Source: an uncultured Oscillospiraceae bacterium (GTDB taxonomy: Bacteria; Bacillota; Clostridia; Oscillospirales; Ruminococcaceae). From it: a stretch of DNA of 40,167 nt. Shown one piece after another: positions 29,473-36,700 of the stretch (position 1 is its first letter; the number at the start of each line of letters is the position of its first letter). The notes below the pieces were generated by a model that saw only the letters and a list, made by a program, of their open reading frames with translations, was not told where the DNA came from and made no database searches. The translations under genes and the position numbers were made by a program. The stretch spans positions 1 to 40,167 of the forward strand of contig CAZSZG010000002.1 of assembly GCA_964610805.1 (NCBI GenBank), given 5' to 3'.

Positions 29473-29518
29473 AAAACTTACTGTGTCAAGAATTACTGAA
29501 CTTCTGACAACGTTATTT

Positions 29519-29547
29519 ATTATACCAAATAATATTACGAATGTCAA
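29519..29547 (-). promoter_or_regulatory. Sigma-A type promoter of tRNA-Lys
   Basis: On the minus strand: TTGACA (29542-29547), 17 nt, TATAAT (29519-29524). Confidence 0.55.
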
Positions 29548-29629
29548 TACCTTTTTCAAAAAAAATTTTATTATTTTATATAATACAAGTTTTAGACAAT
29601 ATTAGCTGATATTGTGGACATTTATACAT

Positions 29630-30151
29630 CTAAACGACAAAAAACATCCTTACAAGTAATGCACTAAAAATAAATCCTGTTAAATCACCAGATAATGAGC
29701 ATAATAGAGTATGACGTGTTTTTTTAATTTTAGTAACGCTGTAATAAACTGCAATAGTATAAAATGTTGTTTCAGTTGAGCCTAGCATAACGCTTGCAAC
29801 ACGTCCAGCAAAGCCATCAGGACCGCAATCGTTCAGTATTGATTCGTATACTGCCAACGCACCACTGCCTGATATAGGGCGTATGAGAGCCAATGCGACA
29901 CATTCGGCAGGGAATCCTAGAGCGTTAATTAATGGGCTTACTGCAGTGGTGATTAATTCTACTGCACCAGATGCCTTGAACATTCCTATTGCTGTCATGA
30001 GTGCAATAAGCGTTGGCAGTATGTCCACACCAACCTTTAGGTTTTCTTTTGCACCATCGATAAATTCGCCGAAAACGTCAACATGTTTAATTAATCCTAC
30101 AATGAGTATTAATCCTATAAAAATGGGTAGTATATATGAAGATAAATTCAT
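29630..30151 (-). CDS. spmB: Spore maturation protein B
   Basis: 173 aa membrane protein with a nucleoside-recognition/Gate-like domain. Overlaps the spmA stop by 4 nt. Pairing and order match spmA-spmB. Confidence 0.85.
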   Translation of the reverse strand: MNLSSYILPIFIGLILIVGLIKHVDVFGEFIDGAKENLKVGVDILPTLIALMTAIGMFKASGAVELITTAVSPLINALGFPAECVALALIRPISGSGALAVYESILNDCGPDGFAGRVASVMLGSTETTFYTIAVYYSVTKIKKTRHTLLCSLSGDLTGFIFSALLVRMFFVV

Positions 30152-30732
30152 TTTTTACTCCTTAGCGAATTTATTATTTTAGTTAGTATAATTGCTACCG
30201 TTAGAGATATCAGAGAATTCAGTAAAATTGCAGGCAGGACATCAAGAGGATAGGGTGAGCCGTGTTTGAGTCTGAGCATGGCGACAGTGGTCGGTATTAG
30301 CGTTATTGAGGCAGTGTTTAAAACTGTGAAAACCACCATGTTATTGGAGGCAGTGTCTGATAAGTTTTCTTCCTTTTCAAGTTCTTTCATAGCTTCCAAT
30401 CCAAAAGGAGTAGCAGCATTTCCTAGACCGAGTATATTTGCTATAACATTCATTGAGATAGCTTTGTATGCCTTGCCATTAAAATCAAGGTTTTTGAACA
30501 AAAGCTTTGCTATCGGCTTAAACAAGACGGATAACATTTTTGTTATACCAGCCTTTTCAGCAATTTTTAAAATGCCACCCCAAACGCACATTCCACCAAT
30601 CATATATAGTGATAGCTCAATAGCATTTACACCCTCTTCTAATACAGCGTTGGAAACACCATCAATATTTCCAGATGATATTCCAAAAACGACAGCAGCA
30701 ATTATCATAAATCCGAACACAAACTTCATCAT
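30148..30732 (-). CDS. spmA: Spore maturation protein A
   Basis: 194 aa membrane protein with a Gate-like domain (NVIANILGLGNAATPFG). Confidence 0.85.
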   Translation of the reverse strand: MMKFVFGFMIIAAVVFGISSGNIDGVSNAVLEEGVNAIELSLYMIGGMCVWGGILKIAEKAGITKMLSVLFKPIAKLLFKNLDFNGKAYKAISMNVIANILGLGNAATPFGLEAMKELEKEENLSDTASNNMVVFTVLNTASITLIPTTVAMLRLKHGSPYPLDVLPAILLNSLISLTVAIILTKIINSLRSKK

Positions 30733-30904
30733 TTTTTCTACACTCTCCGTTACAAATATTTACTTTAAAGCAGTATCAATTTAAATTAACATGGTGAAAA
30801 TGCTTATAATTTTGGTCAAACTATATGAAAAATGCACAAAAAAGCATAATTCTATTGCATAAATGGTAAAATATTAAAAAGTTTAAAAATATCTAAAAAA
30901 ACGC

Positions 30905-30934
30905 TTGACAAAACAGGTCGAAAAGATGTATACT
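30905..30934 (+). promoter_or_regulatory. Sigma-A type promoter of abrB
   Basis: TTGACA (30905-30910), 18 nt, TATACT (30929-30934). GGTCGAA (30916-30922) lies inside the spacer. Confidence 0.55.
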
Positions 30935-30999
30935 TGATGTAGTAAATGGAAACTTTGTACGATAAACTCAATATGAATAATTATTAGGAGGAGTTTAAA

Positions 31000-31239
31000 A
31001 TGAAATCAACAGGAATCGTAAGAAAAATTGACGAACTAGGTAGAATTGTACTACCAATCGAGTTGAGACGAACACTCGATATCGCTGAAAAGGACGCTTT
31101 AGAAATCTATGTGGACCAAGATTCAATCATACTTAAGAAGTATAAATCTTCATGTGTATTCTGCGGAAGCAACGAAGATTTAGGCGACTTTAAAACTAAG
31201 TGTGTTTGTGCTGTTTGCATGGGCGAACTAAAAGACTAG
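31000..31239 (+). CDS. abrB: Transition-state regulator AbrB (clostridial short form with Cys-rich tail)
   Basis: 79 aa. MKSTGIVRKIDELGRIVLPIELRRTLDIAEKDALEIYVD closely matches B. subtilis AbrB as I recall it. Tail: CVFC-x12-CVCAVC. RBS AGGAGGAG. Confidence 0.85.
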   Translation: MKSTGIVRKIDELGRIVLPIELRRTLDIAEKDALEIYVDQDSIILKKYKSSCVFCGSNEDLGDFKTKCVCAVCMGELKD

Positions 31240-31273
31240 TTTCAAACTATTGTACGTTGAGTTTTATTTCTTT

Positions 31274-31306
31274 AGAACTTATCTTTTATAGATAAGTTCT
31301 TTTTCT
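31274..31306 (+). terminator. Rho-independent terminator of abrB
   Basis: AGAACTTATC (31274-31283) pairs with GATAAGTTCT (31291-31300), followed by TTTTTC. Confidence 0.7.
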
Positions 31307-31364
31307 TGCACTAATATGTAAAATTATTACTTATAAACAGAAATTTTTGGCTGCTATATACAAA

Positions 31365-31406
31365 ATAAAATCGCTCTAATCCATATTGGACTAGAGCGAT
31401 TTTTTA
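31365..31406. terminator. Bidirectional terminator (serves glnA on the minus strand)
   Basis: AATCGCTCTA (31369-31378) pairs with TAGAGCGATT (31392-31401), flanked by an A-run and a T-run. Confidence 0.7.
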
Positions 31407-31417
31407 TGTATGCTAAA

Positions 31418-33520
31418 CTAAATCATAAACAATAAACTTAGATATGTTGGGAAAGGCCATAATGTTTCAGGCATAATGGTTTCCAATTCATCAGCTAAAA
31501 CTCTTAATGATTGCATACTAAGAAGAATTTCATTTTTACAATATTTAGATAATTCTTGTATTCCATTGCAATTTTTTGAATCAATTATTATTTGGTTAAG
31601 AGTAGAAATAGCTTCACCTAAACCATTTGTGATATTGGAAAGTCTATGTAGAAGTTTTTCCTCTGCACCACCCTCAAGCCCAACAGCTTTCTTAGCAATA
31701 ACAGTGTCACATAATTCTTTAGTATACTTTATAGCTGAAGGCAAAATTTGCTTATTAGCCATATCCAGCATAGTCAATGCTTCAATATTTATAACCTTAT
31801 TGTAATTATCAAGCAAAATTTCAGTTCTTGATGCAAGCTCGGCTCTTGTATAAACCTTGAATTTCTCAAACATTGCTACAAAATTATCTTTCAAGTAGTA
31901 TGGTAAAGCATCTGCTGTTGTTACAAGGTTTGGCAAACCACGTTTTTCAGCCTCAACAATCCATTCATCAGAATAGCCGTTGCCGTTAAAGATAATCTGC
32001 TTATGTTCTTTTATCGTTTTAGCCATAAGCTTTTGCAATGCTGAATCAAAGTCATCAGCCTTTTCAAGTTCATCTGCAAATTCGCTTAGAACCTGTGCAA
32101 CAATGGTGTTGATGATTGTATTAACGCATGAAATTGAATCGGAAGAGCCAAGCATTCTAAATTCAAATTTATTTCCAGTGAATGCAAAAGGGGAAGTTCT
32201 GTTTCTGTCGGTAGCGTCTTTAGGGAAGTTTGGCAGAGCATCTACACCAATTATAAATTCTTGATTTGTAGGTGCTACATAAGTTTTTCCTTTTTCCAAT
32301 GCATAAAGAACGTCCTCAAGGTTACTGCCGATAAACATAGAAACAATGGCAGGAGGAGCTTCGTTAGCACCTAAACGATGGTCATTTCCAGCACTAGATG
32401 CCGATATTCTAAGTAGTGGTGAATATTCATGAACAGCTTTTATAATAGCACAGAGGAAAAGAAGAAATTGTAGGTTTTCCTGTGGTGTATCACCTGGATC
32501 AAGAAGATTCTGTCCATCATTTGCAGAAAGTGACCAGTTATTATGCTTACCAGAGCCATTAACCCCAGCGAAAGGTTTTTCATGTAGTAAGCACATTAAA
32601 TCATGCTTTAATGCGATTTTCTTCATCAATTCCATAGTAAGCTGATTATGGTCAGCTGCTATGTTTGCAGTGGTGAATAGGGGAGCTAACTCATGCTGTG
32701 CAGGTGCAGCCTCATTGTGTTCTGTTTTAGCAAACACACCGAGTTTCCAAAGCTCTTTGTCCAAATCTTTCATGAAATCAGAAACTCTCTTTTTAATGTT
32801 ACCAAAGTAGTGGTCCTCAAGTTCTTGTCCTTTAGGAGGCTTTGCACCAAAAAGCGTTCTACCTGCTAGAAACAAGTCTTTACGCTGATCAAATAATTTT
32901 TTATCAATTAAGAAATATTCTTGTTCAGCACCAACAGTAGTTATTACCCTTGTTGCTTTAGTATTTCCGAATAATTTTAAAATTCTTAAAGACTGCTCAT
33001 TAATAATTTCCATAGAACGAAGAAGTGGTGTCTTTTTATCAAGAATTTCTCCTGTATATGAACAAAAAGCAGTAGGAATATACAGAGAGTCGTCTTTTAT
33101 GAAAGCATTAGATGTAGGGTCCCAAGCAGTATAACCCCTTGCCTCAAAGGTAGCCCTCAAGCCACCAGATGGGAATGATGAAGCGTCTGGTTCACCTTTT
33201 ACAAGTTCCTTACCCGAGAATTCAAGAATGATTTTACCATTATCGGAGGGAGATAAGAATGAGTCATGCTTTTCAGCAGTAATACCCGTCATAGGCTGAA
33301 ACCAGTGTGTATAGTGAGTAGCACCCCTTTCAACAGCCCAATCCTTCATAGCATTAGCTACTATATTTGCAACAGTGCTATCTAAAGAAATTCCTAAATT
33401 TTTAGTTTTCATAACAGCCTTGAATACGTCTTTAGGGAGTCTATCTCTCATTACAGTTTCATTAAAAACATCACAACCAAAATAGTCAGCAAAGTTTTGT
33501 TTTTTCATTGTTTCGGGCAT
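31418..33520 (-). CDS. glnA: Glutamine synthetase, type III
   Basis: 700 aa, which is GSIII size. Motifs [10 protein letters not shown] and [11 protein letters not shown] belong to the GS catalytic domain. Confidence 0.92.
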   Translation of the reverse strand: MPETMKKQNFADYFGCDVFNETVMRDRLPKDVFKAVMKTKNLGISLDSTVANIVANAMKDWAVERGATHYTHWFQPMTGITAEKHDSFLSPSDNGKIILEFSGKELVKGEPDASSFPSGGLRATFEARGYTAWDPTSNAFIKDDSLYIPTAFCSYTGEILDKKTPLLRSMEIINEQSLRILKLFGNTKATRVITTVGAEQEYFLIDKKLFDQRKDLFLAGRTLFGAKPPKGQELEDHYFGNIKKRVSDFMKDLDKELWKLGVFAKTEHNEAAPAQHELAPLFTTANIAADHNQLTMELMKKIALKHDLMCLLHEKPFAGVNGSGKHNNWSLSANDGQNLLDPGDTPQENLQFLLFLCAIIKAVHEYSPLLRISASSAGNDHRLGANEAPPAIVSMFIGSNLEDVLYALEKGKTYVAPTNQEFIIGVDALPNFPKDATDRNRTSPFAFTGNKFEFRMLGSSDSISCVNTIINTIVAQVLSEFADELEKADDFDSALQKLMAKTIKEHKQIIFNGNGYSDEWIVEAEKRGLPNLVTTADALPYYLKDNFVAMFEKFKVYTRAELASRTEILLDNYNKVINIEALTMLDMANKQILPSAIKYTKELCDTVIAKKAVGLEGGAEEKLLHRLSNITNGLGEAISTLNQIIIDSKNCNGIQELSKYCKNEILLSMQSLRVLADELETIMPETLWPFPTYLSLLFMI

Positions 33521-33642
33521 AAAAAATCCTCCTTAAAATAAAAGGAGTTTCAAACACAAAGCAAGTTAAAAAAATGCTTTATATTGAAACGCCATTGTTT
33601 CTGCTATTTAATTTATTTATTTATTACTATATCTATATTATT

Positions 33643-33671
33643 ATTTTATAGCAAATTTATCAATTTGTCAA
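33643..33671 (-). promoter_or_regulatory. Sigma-A type promoter of glnA (type III)
   Basis: On the minus strand: TTGACA (33666-33671), 17 nt, TAAAAT (33643-33648). Confidence 0.45.
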
Positions 33672-33827
33672 TAGAATTTTAATAATTTAGAAGTGTTGAC
33701 AAAACGCATTAATAAAACAAGCCTTTTTTAGAGGTTAATCACTATGTAATAGCAAGTAGAAATCACTAAATTACCATTTTAATGTAGGTTTATAAAATGT
33801 TCAGTGAATTTATCTTGCAACTAGGTA

Positions 33828-33857
33828 TTGACAAAATTCATTTTAATGTGGTATAGT
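33828..33857 (+). promoter_or_regulatory. Sigma-A promoter (extended -10) of the ACT-hom-thrB operon
   Basis: TTGACA (33828-33833), 18 nt ending in TGg, TATAGT (33852-33857). Confidence 0.5.
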
Positions 33858-33928
33858 TATGTTAGAAATACAATTGTTTTCGTGTGGTGGACTGTATTTA
33901 ATTATTTTTAAGACGGAGTGTTGTTTGG

Positions 33929-34372
33929 ATGAACGAATATTCACAACTTGTCCTTGTTGATTCGAGTGTGCTTCCTGAGGTTATTATTAAGGTTATTGAA
34001 GTGAAAAAGCTGCTTGCTAACAAGGAAGAAAAAAGCTCTGCTGCTGCCTGTAAAAAAGTTGGCATTTCCAGAAGTGCTTTTTATAAGTACAAGGATTCGA
34101 TATTTTCCTATGATAAGGAGTTAACGAATAAAATTATTACTATTTATGCAGAGCTTAAAGATGAACCTGGAGTTTTATCAAGTGTTTTGGTGTCGCTTCA
34201 CCTGCTTAACGCAAATATTTTGACGGTTAATCAAACAATTCCAATTGATGGAGTCGCTGCAATTACTATTTCTTTGCGGTTGAACGGCTCAATGGATGAG
34301 ATTTATACAATAAAGTCAAATATTTCACAGGTTAATGGTGTTGTTGGAGTGAAAATTTTATCAAGTGAATGA
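33929..34372 (+). CDS. UPF0735 ACT-domain protein (PheB-like)
   Basis: 147 aa. LSRSAFYKYKD-type N-terminal helix-turn-helix-like segment plus a C-terminal ACT domain. It aligns along its whole length with B. subtilis PheB as I recall that sequence. Confidence 0.8.
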   Translation: MNEYSQLVLVDSSVLPEVIIKVIEVKKLLANKEEKSSAAACKKVGISRSAFYKYKDSIFSYDKELTNKIITIYAELKDEPGVLSSVLVSLHLLNANILTVNQTIPIDGVAAITISLRLNGSMDEIYTIKSNISQVNGVVGVKILSSE

Positions 34373-34387
34373 AGGAGAAATTTATAA

Positions 34388-35608
34388 ATGTCTAAAATTG
34401 CAGTGTTGGGTTATGGGGTTGTTGGTTCTGGTGTTGTTGAATTGTTATATAAGAATAAACAACATATTGAGAAAAAAACTGGACAAGAGGTTGATATAAA
34501 GTACATTCTTGATGTTAGAGATTTTCCTGATAGCCCATATAAAGATAAGTTTGTTAAAGATGTAAATATTATAATTAATGATGATGAAGTAAAAGCAGTA
34601 GCTGAGTGCATGGGTGGTCTTGAGCCAGCGTACAGCTTTGTTAAGGCATGCCTTGAAAAAGGTAAAAGTGTTTCAACATCGAATAAAGAACTTGTTGCAG
34701 AAAAGGGTGCAGAGCTTCTTGCAATTGCTAAAAAGATGGATTGCAACTTCTTCTTTGAGGCAAGCGTTGGTGGAGCTATTCCTATAATTCGCCCGTTGCA
34801 TAGATGCCTTGCAGCAAATGAGATTACGGAAATATCGGGAATACTGAACGGTACGACTAATTTTATTCTTACTAAGATGATTGATGAGCAGATGAGTTTT
34901 GAAGATGCTTTAAAGCTTGCACAGGATTTAGGGTATGCAGAAAAGGATCCAACAGATGATGTTGAGGGTAATGATGCTTGTAGAAAAATATGTATTTTGG
35001 CATCGTTAGCATTTGGAAAGCATGTTTATCCGAAAAATGTATACACAAAAGGTATAAGAGGAATTACTTTACAGGACGTTGAGTTTGCTAAAGCATGGGG
35101 TGGCTCAATTAAGCTAGTTGGAAGCGTTAAAATGCTTGAGAATGGTAAAATTCATATTTCTGTTGAGCCAAAGCTTGTTCCTTATGACAACCTTATTTCA
35201 AGGGTTGATGATGTTTTCAACGCAGTTATGGTTGTTGGAGATGCAATAGATAAGACTATGTTTTATGGCAGAGGTGCTGGAAAATTGCCAACAGCAAGTG
35301 CGGTTATTGCTGACCTTATTGAGTCGGTTAAGCATGATAGAATGGTATTTTCACAGTATTGGGAGGATAGTTCTGACACTAGCTATATTGAAGAATATTG
35401 CAAAGCCCAGTCAAGAATGTATTTCCGTGTAGATAGAATGAATTCAGATTTGTTCGGTGATGTTGAGTATATTTCTGCTAGTGATACTGAAGAAATTGCG
35501 TTTACTACACAGATGATGTGCATTAAAGATGCTGTAAAGCTAAAGATAAAAATAGAAGAAAACGGAATAAAGGTTAAATCAATGATTTCTGTTTTAGATA
35601 TTGATTAG
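34388..35608 (+). CDS. hom: Homoserine dehydrogenase
   Basis: 406 aa. N-terminal GYGVVGSG, then ILNGTTNFILT and GYAEKDPTDDVEG, with a C-terminal ACT-like domain. Confidence 0.93.
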   Translation: MSKIAVLGYGVVGSGVVELLYKNKQHIEKKTGQEVDIKYILDVRDFPDSPYKDKFVKDVNIIINDDEVKAVAECMGGLEPAYSFVKACLEKGKSVSTSNKELVAEKGAELLAIAKKMDCNFFFEASVGGAIPIIRPLHRCLAANEITEISGILNGTTNFILTKMIDEQMSFEDALKLAQDLGYAEKDPTDDVEGNDACRKICILASLAFGKHVYPKNVYTKGIRGITLQDVEFAKAWGGSIKLVGSVKMLENGKIHISVEPKLVPYDNLISRVDDVFNAVMVVGDAIDKTMFYGRGAGKLPTASAVIADLIESVKHDRMVFSQYWEDSSDTSYIEEYCKAQSRMYFRVDRMNSDLFGDVEYISASDTEEIAFTTQMMCIKDAVKLKIKIEENGIKVKSMISVLDID

Positions 35609-35622
35609 AAGGAGCATTTTTA

Positions 35623-36510
35623 GTGATAAAGATACAAATTCCTGCAACTAGTGCGAATTTAGGAGCAGGCTTTGATGCACTTGGATTAGCATTGAACTAT
35701 TATAACTATGTGCAAATGGAAGAATATGATGGAGTGGATATATCATCTCTTGATGGCGTGGAAGTGCCTTGTGATGAAAAGAATTTGATATATAAATCTG
35801 CAAAATCACTTTATGAAATATGTGGAAAACAGTTTACAGGACTTAGAATTATACAAGAAAACAATATTCCTATGACAAGGGGATTGGGCAGTAGCTCGGC
35901 TTGTATTATCGCTGGTCTTGTTGGTGCGAATACGCTTATGGGGAACCCACTTACGCTTGATGATATGGTAAATTTATCAGCACAAATTGAGGGGCATCCC
36001 GATAACACTGCCCCTGCACTTTTAGGTGGAATTGTTACTGCTGTTTTTGATGGGAAATGTGTCCATTGGGTGAAACAGGAGGTGCTTACTACTTTAAAGT
36101 TTGTTGTGGCGATACCTGATTTTGAGTTGTCTACAGAGCTTGCAAGGGATTGCTTGCCAAAAGAGATTGCCCATAAAGATGCTGTCTATAATTTATCTCG
36201 TGCAGCGTTGTTTTCGTCATCACTTTTGACTGGAAAATATGAAAATCTTAGAACAGCTGTTGAAGATAGACTTCACCAGCCTTACCGAATGGAGCTTATA
36301 CCTCATGCGAAATTTGTTTTCGATTTATCATATACTCTAGGTGCTTATGCAGTTTATATAAGTGGTGCAGGTCCGTCAATTATGTCGATTGTAGATGAGA
36401 ATAATGAGTATTTTCTTGGTAAATTAAGATTTGCATTAGACAAGCATGGTCTTAATAATTGGAATGTTAGAATGCTTGAAATTGACAATAAAGGAACAAT
36501 ATTAATTTAA
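35623..36510 (+). CDS. thrB: Homoserine kinase
   Basis: 295 aa. GTG start after GAAGGAG. N-terminal PATSANLGAGFD and the GHMP kinase motif GLGSSSA. Confidence 0.93.
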   Translation: MIKIQIPATSANLGAGFDALGLALNYYNYVQMEEYDGVDISSLDGVEVPCDEKNLIYKSAKSLYEICGKQFTGLRIIQENNIPMTRGLGSSSACIIAGLVGANTLMGNPLTLDDMVNLSAQIEGHPDNTAPALLGGIVTAVFDGKCVHWVKQEVLTTLKFVVAIPDFELSTELARDCLPKEIAHKDAVYNLSRAALFSSSLLTGKYENLRTAVEDRLHQPYRMELIPHAKFVFDLSYTLGAYAVYISGAGPSIMSIVDENNEYFLGKLRFALDKHGLNNWNVRMLEIDNKGTILI

Positions 36511-36527
36511 ATTAATATTGTTCCTTT
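36490..36527 (+). terminator. 38-nt perfect AT-rich palindrome overlapping the thrB stop; a weak terminator candidate
   Basis: AAAGGAACAATATTAATTT | AAATTAATATTGTTCCTTT. There is no clean U-tract after it, so read-through is plausible. Confidence 0.4.
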
Positions 36528-36535
36528 AGTGAAGT

Positions 36536-36630
36536 GGAATGAGGGTTTCACCCTTTGGAAACTCATTATTATGGGGAGTCCAGAGGGAATTATTCCCTCT
36601 GGCAGGGCTTGGGGCAGAGCCCCATTATAA
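36536..36630. other. G+C-rich multi-hairpin element of unknown function (candidate structured RNA or repeat element); strand undetermined
   Basis: Three or more hand-foldable helices (36538-36567, 36580-36602, 36611-36623), plus a closing helix 36566-36576 / 36620-36630. The local G+C is clearly above the AT-rich background. Confidence 0.35.
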
Positions 36631-36657
36631 ATCCATCGGAGATACAATTTTATTTGC

Positions 36658-36700
36658 AACAAAACAGGCTGAATGAAAACTCATTCAGCCTGTTTTACTT
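36658..36700. terminator. Bidirectional rho-independent terminator (pheT; possibly also thrB read-through)
   Basis: 13-bp stem: ACAGGCTGAATGA (36664-36676) pairs with TCATTCAGCCTGT (36681-36693), flanked by an A-run and a T-run. Confidence 0.75.

Noticed and set aside
30266-30784. 172-aa plus-strand ORF (with a 99-aa one at 29883-30182)
   Set aside because: Both are antisense to spmA and spmB respectively, with no translation signals. The sense-strand genes have clear family features.
33737-33768. Direct repeat AATCACTA (33737-44 and 33761-68) in the glnA/hom divergent promoter region
   Set aside because: An 8-mer recurring once in a 400-nt AT-rich spacer is weak evidence. It matches no known operator consensus that I recall (not TnrA/GlnR TGTNA-N7-TNACA).
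36531-36660. Tested the structured element against self-cleaving ribozyme cores (hammerhead CUGANGA/GAAA, twister-like AAGC loop)
   Set aside because: No CUGANGA occurs on either strand within the element. CTGAATGA at 36669-76 belongs to the terminator and does not fit. The minus strand has CCCCAAGCCC, which superficially recalls a twister loop, but I could not place the remaining conserved helices or pseudoknots. I make no ribozyme claim and report it only as an unknown structured element.
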